The notes under the pieces were generated by a model, which ran no database searches, was not told where the DNA came from, and worked only from the letters and a program-made list of their open reading frames with translations. Positions 38,801 to 49,640 of a stretch of 64,000 nucleotides of DNA are shown here, piece after piece; position 1 is the stretch's first letter, and every line of letters begins with the position of its first letter. Where the stretch lies: NCBI RefSeq assembly GCF_023055435.1, contig NW_025964001.1, forward strand, positions 45,570,001 through 45,634,000, given 5' to 3'. Source of the stretch: Haliotis rufescens (taxonomy: Eukaryota). The translations under genes were made by a program, and so were the position numbers.

Positions 38801-39997
38801 TTATGTCACATGTGGACAATGTTCTAGTGTATGTCACATGTGGACAATGTTCTAGCTTATGTCACATGTGGACAATGTTCTAGTGTATGTCACATGTGGA
38901 TGATGTTCTAGCTTATGTCACATGTGGACAATGTTCTAGCTTATGTCACATGTGGACAATGTTCTAGTGTATGTCACATGTGGACAATGTTCTAGTGTAT
39001 GTCACATGTGGATGATGTTCTAGTGTATGTCACATGTGGACAATGTTCTAGTATGTCACATGTGGACAATGTTCTAGTATGTCACATGTTGCAGACAAAC
39101 CTGAAGGGAAGGAGAAGAGGAAGCGTGAGGAGCCGAGCTCACTGTTTCAGCGCCAGAGAGTGGACCTGCTGCTTGGAGAGTTGGGCAAGAAGTATCCACC
39201 CCAATTTGTGGCCCCCAGTCATCCAGAAAACAAAGGTAGGTTTAGTGCCTTTTAAACATTCATCCAGTCAAGTCCATGATTAAACTTCTACTATATTCTA
39301 CAATTGTTATTATGGTTACCATAAAATGTTAAAACATGGCTCTTATTGCGGTGTATCTGCCGTCCTAACTGCTAAATATTATTAGAATTATCTCATCTTG
39401 TCATCAGCCTTTCTCTACTTGGACTGACTTGATGCTGTTAGTAGACTGACACTAAATCAACAGCTCTCCTTTTACCATGGTAACAAAGTTAGATGTTACG
39501 AAACTTCAAATATACGCACAAGGTTTCAGATCATTGACTTAATGTCATCCAAAATGTCCAACAGATTTTTTTCAAAATGGTAATGATCTTGAAGAATGTC
39601 ATCAAAATTTTAGAAATCATGAAAATGTCCTTTAAATGCCCTCTGTCTCTACCAAAATGACCAACAGAGCAAATTGTAGTTCCAGGCATTTTGTTTTATA
39701 TGTAGGGTTTCATTTTAACTTCATTTCATTTGTCAAGTTGACTATATGGTTGTGAGGGTGAGATGAATATGCATTGGGTGAAGTGAAGGTGTTCTTGAGG
39801 TGCAAGTAAGTCTTTCAACCACAGTGGACTAGCTTTGAAACCATGTGTGGCTCTGTGTTTCAGAGGAGGCTGCCAAGCCAGAGGTGAAGCAGGAGGTGAA
39901 GCAGGAAAAGGCAGAGGACAAGAACAGCTCCTCATCCCCAGCCGCCAATGCTGCCATGAAGCCTCCCCCAGAGAAGAAGGCCAAGATGATGCGATGA
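20734..39997 (+). CDS. MED6: Mediator of RNA polymerase II transcription subunit 6. Exons 20734-20893, 22345-22436, 24501-24583, 30020-30059, 38356-38424, 39095-39235, 39864-39997(stop)
   Basis: Spliced translation ...[42 protein letters not shown]...[18 protein letters not shown]...[22 protein letters not shown]...LQSAFEEA...[11 protein letters not shown]...[16 protein letters not shown]...[10 protein letters not shown] matches conserved MED6. All introns are GT-AG and in phase. Confidence 0.96.
21000..22160. repeat. 23-bp minisatellite (catggtgttctctcctactcaga), about 50 copies, with a 253-bp (11-mer) higher-order repeat
   Basis: Diagnostic variant ggacattgtgttttgtc..actacga recurs at 21445, 21698 and 21951. 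Confidence 0.95.
22345..22436 (+). CDS. MED6: MED6 exon (92 nt)
   Basis: ttgcag / gtcagt; [22 protein letters not shown]. Confidence 0.96.
22550..24385. repeat. Compound pyrimidine-rich minisatellite: ~22/31-bp ccttaacctctctgtccaccttccttgactc switching near 23510 to ~29-bp ctatacccactcaacctctgtccaccttt
   Basis: Direct reading; shared core aacctctgtccacctt. Confidence 0.92.
24501..24583 (+). CDS. MED6: MED6 exon (83 nt)
   Basis: ttctag / gtatgt; [22 protein letters not shown]. Confidence 0.96.
24892..25030 (+). mobile_element. SINE family A, degenerate
   Basis: cacatgggtacaatgtgtgaagcccatttctggtgtcccc core. Confidence 0.65.
25772..25921 (+). mobile_element. SINE family A, degenerate
   Basis: tRNA head gtagactagtggttaaag...gacccgggttcaatt. 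Confidence 0.65.
26194..28654 (+). mobile_element. pogo/Tigger DNA transposon, defective
   Basis: TA|cagtggtccct[t/c]ga ... tcgagggaccactg|TA; 2461 bp. Confidence 0.9.
26756..27953 (+). pseudogene. Tigger/pogo transposase pseudogene (HTH-psq, CENP-B HTH, partial DDE_1)
   Basis: Fragments [53 protein letters not shown]. Frameshifts, an internal deletion near 27135 and an in-frame TAG at 27492. Confidence 0.88.
28714..28995. repeat. 58-bp tandem repeat, about 5 copies, derived from the Harbinger AIDGT segment
   Basis: cagacagtcagcatgggcatgtgccgagtcccattgatggcaccgacacgtgcccttg at 28714, 28772, 28830, 28888 and 28946. Confidence 0.9.
30020..30059 (+). CDS. MED6: MED6 exon (40 nt, [13 protein letters not shown])
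   Basis: gttttag / gtaggt, phase 0 to 1. Confidence 0.93.
30707..30910 (+). mobile_element. SINE family D
   Basis: tcttcagcaacccatgcttg...ggtccagactc...ccgccgtcatatagctggaata; related pieces at 10066 and ~55135-55265. Confidence 0.65.
31377..31654 (+). mobile_element. SINE family B, full length
   Basis: Close match to 17775-18050. Confidence 0.85.
32129..32296 (+). mobile_element. SINE family A with 14-bp TSD
   Basis: ctccttgaccagca at 32115-32128 and 32297-32310. Confidence 0.9.
32772..34425. repeat. 42-bp minisatellite (tacaacagtattatagaatgtataatgtgacactggtccct[a/g/t]), about 39 copies
   Basis: 42-bp periodicity read directly; explains the 577-aa repetitive ORF. Confidence 0.97.
36046..36371. 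mobile_element. Tc1-type MITE
   Basis: TIRs tactcaccgccaaaagaaacg / cgtttcttttggtggtaagta with TA flanks. Confidence 0.7.
36770..36934 (+). mobile_element. SINE family B, 3' half
   Basis: cagcaccatacccgtgctcgtgggtttcac...(ACTC)n. Confidence 0.8.
38356..38424 (+). CDS. MED6: MED6 exon (69 nt, [23 protein letters not shown])
   Basis: ttttccag / gtcagt, phase 1-1. Confidence 0.95.
38523..39090. repeat. 28-bp minisatellite (atgtcacatgtggacaatgttctagtgt), about 20 copies, abutting a MED6 acceptor; preceded by about 3 copies of a 26-bp unit at 38446-38520
   Basis: Direct reading. Confidence 0.95.
39095..39235 (+). CDS. MED6: MED6 exon (141 nt)
   Basis: ttgcag / gtaggt; [16 protein letters not shown]. 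Confidence 0.95.
39864..39997 (+). CDS. MED6: MED6 last coding exon
   Basis: gtttcag acceptor; ends [13 protein letters not shown] with an NLS-like tail. Confidence 0.92.
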
Positions 39998-40001
39998 TAA
40001 T

Positions 40002-40508
40002 CAGTGCGGCTTGTCCTAGTGGACAAAGTTTAGGTGAAGGCCATGGTTTATTTGGCTGAATGGACACAGTTGAGGTGGAGGTCAGTGTGGCTTGACCTAG
40101 TGGACACATTTGAGGTGGAGGTCAGTGTGACTTGACCTAGTGGGCATAGATGAGGTGAAGGTCAGTGTGACTTGACCTAGTGGACACAGATGAGGTGGAG
40201 GTCAGTGTGACTTGAGCTAGTGAACACAGTTGAGGTGAAAGTCAGTGTGGCTTGATCTAGTGGACACAGTTGAGGTGAAGGTCAGTGTGACTTGACCTAG
40301 TGGACACAGTTGAGGTGGAGGTCAGCGTGACTTGACCTAGTGGGCATAGATGAGGTGAAGGTCAGTGTGACTTGACCTTGTGGACACAGATGAGGTGAAG
40401 GTCAGAGTGAGTTGACTTAGTGGACACAGTTCAGGGGAAGGTCAGTGTGACTTGACCTAGTGGACACAGTTGAGGTGAAGGTCTGTTTGTCTTGACCTCG
40501 TGGACACA
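40002..40508. repeat. 40-bp minisatellite (gtcagtgtgacttgacctagtggacacagttgaggtgaag), about 12 copies, in the MED6 3'UTR
   Basis: Begins about 5 nt after the stop codon. Confidence 0.92.
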
Positions 40509-40694
40509 ATAATTGTTACTAGTTGGCAGATAGACTGGAGAATGGCTGGAACACCTCGGTGGCAGGAGATGTACATGGATTTAAAGTAGTATATCTGCAG
40601 AATATATGTTGCGAGTGCTATAAAGATAAGGTGTTACTCCTGGGTTACTTAACACTGAAAAGCGAATTCAGTTCCAATCATTGACACAGCGTTG

Positions 40695-40700
40695 AATAAA
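40695..40700 (+). terminator. Candidate MED6 polyadenylation signal (alternative at 40844-40849)
   Basis: First AATAAA downstream of the stop codon. Confidence 0.4.
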
Positions 40701-41098
40701 CAATTGAGAAAGTTTACTCTTAGGTTAACGTCTCATGTAATAAGGTAGTTTGATTATATTGATATCCATCTTGTTACTGGAGAATCTGTGTTGTATGTTT
40801 ACATTCTTATCACCGTCATGTCATTGCTGTATATAGACTCAGTAATAAAACTGATGCCACATAAACTACTGTCTCATTGCCAATGACTCGGAAAAATATT
40901 GTCTGGATCAAATCAAATTTCAAACAGTTCATATGTAAGTACAGGTTGGGTGAAACATATTTAATTACCTGCCAACCAGACTTGATGTCAGGCCAAGCTG
41001 TTTGAGGGGAGGGAAAGATTACAATGGACACAAAAGCAGCAATTTATGGGACACTCTACATGCCAAAATAAGTGGCTACCTGTCCTCTGTATCTACAC

Positions 41099-41124
41099 GG
41101 AGGAGGAGGAGGAGGAGGAGGAGG
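41099..41124. repeat. (GGA)n microsatellite
   Basis: Direct reading. Confidence 0.9.
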
Positions 41125-42755
41125 GAGTCAGTGTGTGTGACATGGGTCATCATGTGTCCGCCACCCCGCACAGTTTGCAGAGCTGGTCATACAGCTGCAA
41201 TAGTTCCAACTGTGCACAGTTGTCAAACTTACAGTTGTCTCGAAGTAAAATCTTGGTCCCTACATATTCTTTCTTTATTCAATCATTATTTAACCTGGTC
41301 TGTGTCTGGAAGTCCCTTCCAGTCCCAGATATGTACTTCCAGCACACATTTACTCTGGTAAGTGGATCTCGCCTGACTCATCGGTCATCACCATTCAATT
41401 GATGATCAATAATGAAAGAAATGTTGAACATTTATTTCAGTTTCCCGTTTGTGTGTTGCATATGTTTTCCTGACAGTCGGTAAATGTATCCCTTGTTTAT
41501 TTCTCAGTTGTGTCGAACCTCAGAGAACTCCAAGTAGGTCTGTTCAACTTCGACACAGTGATGTTTGACTGTACATTCATTCCTTCAGACACAGACTACT
41601 AGTTCCTCATCTCAAAAACCACTACAGTAAAAGTTTACTGAAAAATACAGCATTCACAGTGAATCCTTCTGTGAACCCACCAGGCAGACTGTTTTGAAAC
41701 ATATGTAGTGTTTCAATCTGTACAAAGAGGTAAGATATTCTTTTTGAGATATTTAAACTGGCTATGGAAGTTCAATGAAATGTGGTGTATCTAATCAGAT
41801 CTCTATAAATATCTTTGGGACATTTCCACCATGCATGGCCATTTAAGGTCAAGGTCAAAAGCTTATGCAAACAGTATGCATACTTCTGTCAAAGTTCAAA
41901 GTCACATGTTCACAGAAAATAAGGGTTGTAAACAGTTATATTTAACAATGAACTGGGTCATTAGCACTTTAAATACTACATCTGCAGGTGGTTTCTTTCA
42001 CTTAGTGCTTGTAATGTACTACCTGTACATGCTGCTAAATATAGCCACTCGCAGTCACCTGACTGTCGACCTTCAGTCGTAGTGTAACCACTGATTAAAA
42101 CTCAATGATGATATTACTTGAAAAGTGCATTTGCTATTTCAGTCATTATTGTCAGTACTGTTCCTTGCTGCCGGAATGGCTTGTTTTCACTGATCATCAC
42201 AATATTTCCGGATTCTATTTCAAGTGGCTAGGACTCTGAACCAAAAGTGTATGTAACTTTTATACTGAGGTAACTAGAGTCATGGGACTTTACTTAACCA
42301 GAAATGATTTCATCAAGCTGGAAGTGCATATAACTTTCTTATTAATGTGGCTCCAGATTAGAGACTTACTATTTTACTATTTTTTTTATTAGACATGTAT
42401 GTTTCAAGATTGGAAGTGATTTCGTTAAACTGGAAGTGCTTTTGACTTTGTGATTAAGGTACCTACAGACAACAGTTGTCATGCAGTGAGCGTATTGTTT
42501 CCAAACTGAAAGTGATGAAAATGAAACAGAAGCGCTTATTTTAGGGCAGCTAGAGGTACAGGACTATGTTGTACTGCATAGGACCACAGAAGGGACCAAA
42601 GATGAATGTTCATGAGGTCAGCTGTGAGCTGATTTGGAAAAGTCAAAATTGACGATGGTACATGATTCTGGTGGGAATGTTTTTGGGCATTCTGGAAAAG
42701 ATGCACATGGATGTGGCTGCTTCTATTTGTGCAGAGAATGCAAACACCTTTCTGG

Positions 42756-45700
42756 TTAGAACAGTTGTCTGTCAGTTTCATCCAGTACTCTGAAGAAGTT
42801 AATTGGTAAGCATGTAAAGAGTATATTTAGAGATAGGTATGTAACATACTACTCAAAACAACATGAAGAACACCCGATTTTTTCATATAATTATAGTTTT
42901 CACACTCCAGCTTGATAATGATGTAAGAATTACATCGAAACATGGCTATATGTAATAAACCAGAAGTTGTTTTCCATAAAGTTGTAGATTTTCTAGTTAT
43001 AGTTAATCTGTCATGCCTTGAGAGATAAACTATAGTCATGACAAACATGGGTTTGGTGAAACTTGCGGCATTGCAACATTCAGCTTCAAAGGTCCACAGG
43101 TTACAAACACCACCCAGGTGAGCTACCCGGGGGGTTTGCTCGTCTGACAAGCGAGGTCATAGGACACGAGGGTGCAGGCGGGGCACAGTTGTGATACACC
43201 AGACTATTTTATGTTTTTCCACTTAATTTAGGAGCAGAAGAAAGGTTGCACATATTGTAGATAATTACAAATGAGACGGACATGCACCCTTCTGAAGTCC
43301 CAGGTAGATCTCGCTGTGCAGAGTTGCATCCCTTGAGTACACCAGAAACCTATGATTGTGGGTTCAAAGCCCTTTTTGCCCAATTGTTTCTAAGCTTGTC
43401 AGCACCATACTTGTTCTCCCACATCAAGATGACACATTGTGATATAACTAGAAGACTAGAAGCCAGGCCCTGTGTGGAAGGGATAGGTAGACCCATTGCC
43501 AGGCCCTGTGTGGAGGGATAGGTAGACCCATTGCCAGGCCCTGTGTGGAAGGGATAGGTAGACCCATTGCCAGGCCCTGTGTGGAGGGATAGGTAGACCC
43601 ATTGCCAGGCCCTGTGTGGAGGGATAGGTAGACCCATTGCCAGGCCCTGTGTGGAGGGATAGGTAGACCCATTGCCAGGCCCTGGGTGGAGGGATAGGTA
43701 GACCCATTGCCAGGCCCTGTGTGGAAGGGATAGGTAGACCCATTGCCAGGCCCTGTAGGGAGGGATAGATAGACCCATTGGCAGGCCCTGTAGGGAGGAA
43801 TAGGTAGACCCATTGCCAGGCCCTGTGTGGAGGGATAGGTAGACCCATTGCCAGGCCCTGTGTGGAGGGATAGGTAGACCCATTGCCAGGCCCTGTAGGG
43901 AGGGATTGGTAGACCCATTGCCAGGCCTTGTGTGGAGGGATGGGTAGACCCATTGCCAGGCCCTGTGTGGAGGGATAGGTAGACCCATTGCCAGGCCCTG
44001 GGTGGAGGGATAGGTAGACCCATTGCCAGGCCCTGTGTGGAGGGATAGGTAGACCCATTGCCAGGCCCTGTGTGGAGGGATTGGTAGACCCATTGCCAGG
44101 CCCTGTGTGGAGGGATTGGTAGACCCATTGCCAGGCCCTGTGTGGAGGGATAGGTAGACCCATTGCCAGGCCCTGGGTGGAGGAATAGGTAAACCCATTG
44201 CCAGGCCCTGGGTGGAGGGATAGGTAGACCCATTGCCAGGCCCTGTGTGGAGGGATAGGTAGACCCATTGCCAGGAGAATAGGTAGACCCATACTGCTGA
44301 CTCCGCTGATTGTGTGTCGTGTGTCCTGTTCCTATCGTATCCCCGTCCCTAGGGACATCTAGAAAACTGATATATAATATGAAGGAATGAGGGGTCACCG
44401 CAACAGTAGCTGGTGTGTCATGTATGCCGATGGGTTGGATCGACGTTTACTACCAGCATAGGACAAATTCGAATCTGGAATGTTCACGGGAGTGGAGACG
44501 TGTGTAACTGGACATTGTCTCAATGTAATTAGGGTCATCATTAAACAAGAGTTAAAAACGTTCACATTGGTTCTTGAATGACCTAATCTTATAGTCTATA
44601 ACACGTCCTGCCTCCCATCCATAGTTCAGCTTTACCCTGTCTGGCGCTCGGCATTAAGGGGCTAAAACAAGGACTGGTCGGCTCTGAGTCAGTATACTGT
44701 GTCTGAGTGGGGTATTGGCAGGCCCTGTAGGGAGGAATAGGTAGACCCATTGCCAGGCCCTGTAGGGAGGGATAGGTAGACCCATTGCCAGGCCCTGTGT
44801 GGAGGGATAGGTAGACCCATTGCCAGGCCCTGTAGGGAGGGATTGGTAGACCCATTGCCAGGCCTTGTGTGGAGGGATGGGTAGACCCATTGCCAGGCCC
44901 TGTAGGGAGGGATAGGTAGACCCATTGCCAGGCCCTGTGTGGAGGGATAGGTAGACCCATTGCCAGGCCCTGTGTGGAGGGATTGGTAGACCCATTGCCA
45001 GGCCCTGTGTGGAGGGATAGGTAGACCCATTGCCAGGCCCTGGGTGGAGGAATAGGTAAACCCATTGCCAGGCCCTGTAGGGAGGGATAGGTAGACCCAT
45101 TGCCAGGCCCTGTGTGGAGGGATTGGTAGACCCATTGCCAGGCCCTGTGTGGAGGGATAGGTAGACCCATTGCCAGGAGAATAGGTAGACCCATACTGCT
45201 GACTCCGCTGATTGTGTGTCGTGTGTCCTGTTCCTTTCGTATCCCCGTCCCTAGGGACATCTAGAAAACTGATATATAATATGAAGGAATGAGGGGTCAC
45301 CGCAACAGTAGCTGGTGTGTCATGTATGCCGATGGGTTGGATCGACGTTTACTACCAGCATAGGACAAATTCGAATCTGGAATGTTCACGGGAGTGGAGA
45401 CGTGTGTAACTGGACATTGTCTCAATGTAATTAGGGTCATCATTAAACAAGAGTTAGAAACGTTCACATTGGTTCTTGAATGACCTAATCTTATAGTCTA
45501 TAACACGTCCTGCCTCCCATCCATAGTTCAGCTTTACCCTGTCTGGCGCTCGGCATTAGGGGCTAAAACAAGGACTGGTCGGCTCTGAGTCAGTATACTG
45601 TGTCTGAGTGGGGTATTGGCAGGCCCTGTAGGGAGGAATAGGTAGACCCATTGCCAGGCCCTGTAGGGAGGGATAGGTAGACCCATTGCCAGGCCCTGTG

Positions 45701-45846
45701 TGGAGGGATTGGTAGACCCATTGCCAGGCCCTGTGTGGAGGGATAGGTAGACCCATTGCCAGGAGAATAGGTAGACCCATACTGCTGACTCCGCTGATTG
45801 TGTGTCGTGTGTCCTGTTCCTATCGTATCCCCGTCCCTAGGGACAT
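42756..45846 (-). CDS. Tentative 3' end of an unidentified convergent gene: 64-nt exon (44358-44295; copies 45260-45197 and 45846-45783) spliced to terminal exon 42789-42756
   Basis: ttttctag|...|gtatgg and cttcttcag| sites. Phases join to give VPRDGDTIGTGHTTHNQRSQQVLDETDRQLF*. No homology recognised. Confidence 0.35.
43462..44290. repeat. 35-bp minisatellite (ccattgccaggccctgtgtggagggataggtagac); further arrays at 44717-45192 and 45618-45780
   Basis: Direct periodicity. Confidence 0.95.
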
Positions 45847-46204
45847 CTAGAAAACTGATATATAATATGAAGGAATGAGGGGTCACCGCAACAGTAGCTG
45901 GTGTGTCATGTATGCTGATGGGTTGGATCGACGTTTACTACCAGCATAGGACAAATTCGAATCTGGAATGTTCACGGGAGTGGAGACGTGTGTAACTGGA
46001 CATTGTCTCAATGTAATTAGGGTCATCATTAAACAAGAGTTAGAAACGTTCACATTGGTTCTTGAATGACCTAATCTTATAGTCTATAACACGTCCTGCC
46101 TCCCATCCATAGTTCAGCTTTACCCTGTCTGGCGCTCGGCATTAAGGGGCTAAAACAAGGACTGGTCGGCTCTGAGTCAGTATACTGTGTCTTAGTGGGG
46201 TATT
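43780..46204. repeat. Tandem triplication (units 43780-44716, 44717-45617, 45618-46204) of minisatellite + ~340-bp unique segment + SINE 5' piece
   Basis: Near-identical unique segments and identical ggggtatt|ggcaggccc junctions. Confidence 0.92.
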
Positions 46205-46372
46205 CATGTTAAACTGCGGCATGGTAGCTCGGTGAGCTAGCACTATAAATCGGCATCAGTCCGGACTAGTACAAGCAGCCACACACACACACACACATAC
46301 ACGTGCATGCACGTAGCTATATAAGTGCAATAATCTTGGGCGCGACGTTAAACCCCATTTCACCTCACCTCA
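46121..46372 (+). mobile_element. SINE family C, 5'-truncated, 14-bp TSD
   Basis: ccatagttcagctt at 46107-46120 and 46373-46386. Confidence 0.88.
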
Positions 46373-47413
46373 CCATAGTTCAGCTTGTCTGTGGTGTCAA
46401 TATGTACACTGATCGGCATAGATAGCTGTACGTCGAAACTGAAAGTGGAGTAACCTTACTAGCGTGACCTCAATAATAATACACCCACGTGGAGTATGCC
46501 AGGTTCTGTTATGAGTTCATTGTGTAGAGTGAGGCATACAATTAAATATAACTCAGATTTTCCATTGCGGGGGAAGGGTTATTTCACATACATACTTCCC
46601 GCACGCCCCTAAAGTGCAGATTTTATTAGACGGATGCTATCTTACAAGGTCGGCCTTGACTAAGAATGTATTCCCCAGAAATAGGCTCTCTTCTCCGGCA
46701 CACCAGCCAAAACCCAACCCGGGGTGCTTTAGGAGTCCGTGGGTTGGAGTCATGTGGTTTTTTTTCCTTCAGAAAGGCGGGGATATTTTTTTCTTCATAA
46801 AAGAGAACTGAGATCTTTTAACGTCACATTTGAAATTCAACATAATTTTTTCTCACTGTTTCCTAAAACAGTACATATTCAAGTGATTTTAAAACAGAAC
46901 AATGACAATAGCAGTATATTAAAGCATTTTAATATGATAAAAGAGCATTTTACAACACCATGTGTAGCAAGGCCCCAGTGTGCAGTTTTCAGATGTTTGT
47001 ACTCACAGCTGCCTGAGGAATGTACTTTTCAATCACTAAGATTGTGGATGGTGGACATAAACAGCATAGCTTTTGATGCAAACTGGAGAGTGAGTGAGTT
47101 AAAATTTAACGTCGCATCGGCATTATTTCAGCCACATAGCTACGTAACTTGAAGAAGAAACGTTACCAAACTGAAATTTGGACACGCTGGGTCCAAACCC
47201 CGAATAGTGTTTACGATATGCTTGAGAATCATTCGCCCAAACACAACAAAAACAACTTGCTGAGTAATGCACGTACTACAGTACTCAGATCAACGGAACT
47301 TGAGTTTGAAGTGAAACTTTGGCTGCACTTACATGCCAACCTACAAAGATATGGGTACAAAACGAACGATGTACTGTTCCTTCAAACCCAAACGTTGGAC
47401 AGTGACAAAGAAC

Positions 47414-49640
47414 ATGCTAAGGTTAACGCTAAAACAGACAGAACAATCTGTTGGTATGATATATCAAGGAGCAACGCATGACCACGTCGCAAGGCGTTTG
47501 GGCTGTAGCTGAAAGAACCGGCTCATGTCCTGTTAGACTGGGCGGAGGAGAGACAGGCCCAGTAGTCCAGGCAAAATAAGGTTTCACTTAGAACAAATTG
47601 CAACAGAATTTATTTCACCACAATGCATTTCTACAAGGTCCCGAAAACAACATACTAAAAGTCCCAAGCAATCCCAATTTGGGAACTATGTCAAGTTTGC
47701 AAAGTCCAATATGGCCACCAACTATCAATATATCTTCTATGTTTCAGATGAGGTTCGACGTTTTGGTGTATTATACTGCGAAATAGCCGTATTATGTTTC
47801 TAAAAGGATATTCACAACTACTGAACGTTTTCGACTATTGACAAATCTGCAAAAATCCAAGATGGCCGACAAGATTCCTAAATGGGTGATTACACTGTAT
47901 GTGTGTGTTAACAGTGTGCTAGAACTTATATGCCTATGACTTGAAACGCTAACACTTTTAGATAGAAACTTTGTCACCAGAGCCCAAAATTACAAGATGA
48001 CCACCAAGAGATTGATGGCTAGACATAGAATATCAATACACTGTTGGTCTCTGATGACATATGGGAGTAATTTGAACTTCTACATTGGGGTAACCAGACC
48101 CAAGGCGCCATGTACAATACTGTCATTTGTATAAATCCAATATAACCACAAAATATCAATATTTATCTCAAATTACTTATAACATGACAATAAACGCTAT
48201 GACAAGTTTCGTTTTCATTAATGTAAATACATGTTGGAAACAAGTATGACCTATGAGGTCTCTTAGAATTTACCCAAGACCAGTGGTTTCACAAGAAGTC
48301 GATGAGTTATCTCCCTTGTAGTTCATTTGTGGAATTCCAATAAAACCACCAAATACCAATATTTGAATATAACTCTGAAAACGTTTGATCCTCTGCTCAT
48401 TCCATTACATGACTTTGTGATTCATGAATATTATAACCCGAAGAGTAGTGGCAAAGTTGTCATGGTGAATGCTGTAGATATTCATTGCAAGGTAATTGCC
48501 TCCTGCCACTACCACCTACAAAACGCTACATGCGTATCCTCCATCTCAGGAATCATATTCAGTTATTACAGTGACGTCATTAGCGTCCAGAAGACTGTGT
48601 CGCTACAATATCAGGGGTGCGTTGCAAAGCGCCAATCGCTTGCAAGCGATGTACCGCAATTCGCCTCACAACGGTGCGCTAACTTTCAGTTAAGCGCAAC
48701 AATCGCTGGCTGAGGTCGCTTCGTTCTCAAACCCAAATGGCGGCTGGATTTAACAGCGGAACAAGAAATTCTTGACTGGATCAACTGGGAAATTGGCAAA
48801 GGCAGCTAACATCGAACCACTCTAAGTCTGCTCCACATCTACAAAGTAGTCATAAATGTATCGGCTTGTCATCGAACTTCTTCAGTTACGTTCTTCATTA
48901 GGGCAAGGCAACCGAGCGGTAGTTGCGCCGCCTTTTCGGAAGAGTGAGCAAACGCTTCGAGGTGTTGCAGACCCCAGGCGATTGATTTCCATTCTCTAAG
49001 CGATTCGTGGCTTGCAACGCTCCCCAGAGCTTTTAGACCACTACGAGACGTGACGATGACACTAGAACAGAGACATCGAGGGGCTCGAGCACTGCGATGC
49101 TGGTAGGACAGAAACTGGCAGAGTCAAGTTACAGGAGAGCAGATTCTATCGTTTCGGAGCAGATGGAAGTATATGTATCCACCTCCGACGAGAAGAACGA
49201 ACGTCGCGTTGTTGCGTTCATGATGTCGAACCATTTGGAGGTAGCAGCATCTGTAGACAAGTCTATGTGGCATCATCAGCCCTGTCAAGGCGGCATCTGT
49301 AGCCAAGTCAAGACAGATCTGGTGATTTTGGAAGGAAACATCACTTGGTAGCGTTACATTGACCAGTCTCTCTACCCTGTTTACCTACCGCTCTTGCAAC
49401 AGAATCCCCGGACCCAGGTGCATCAAGATAACACAAGGCTTATACAATATCTTGTCTTGGCCAGACATACCACCAATAGAACACTTGTGGGATCACCTTG
49501 ACCGTCAACTTAGAGCACCACCAGGTCGCCTTATATCATGATCAGTCAGCACAGGCCCTGTGAGAAGAATGGCGTTGAATCCCATTTCTTGTGACCTGTC
49601 CGTCGTCGAGTTGGGGCGTGCATTGATGTCCGTGGTGCGC
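47414..49640 (+). pseudogene. Heavily decayed Tc1 transposase interrupted by ~1.45 kb of other repeats
   Basis: MLRLTLKQTEQSVGMIYQGATHDHVARRLGCS at 47414; ESRF, HQDN and PDIPPIEHLWDHLDRQLR at 49130-49515. Confidence 0.65.
48615..49024. mobile_element. Harbinger-like MITE with CAG TSD
   Basis: cag|gggtgcgttgcaaagcgccaatcgctt ... aagcgattcgtggcttgcaacgctccc|cag. Confidence 0.7.

Noticed and set aside
41002-41402. ORFs with poly-R or poly-E runs
   Set aside because: Caused by the (GGA)n microsatellite; no splice or homology support.
43350-45300. 200-316 aa ORFs in all three minus frames
   Set aside because: Artefacts of the 35-bp minisatellite.
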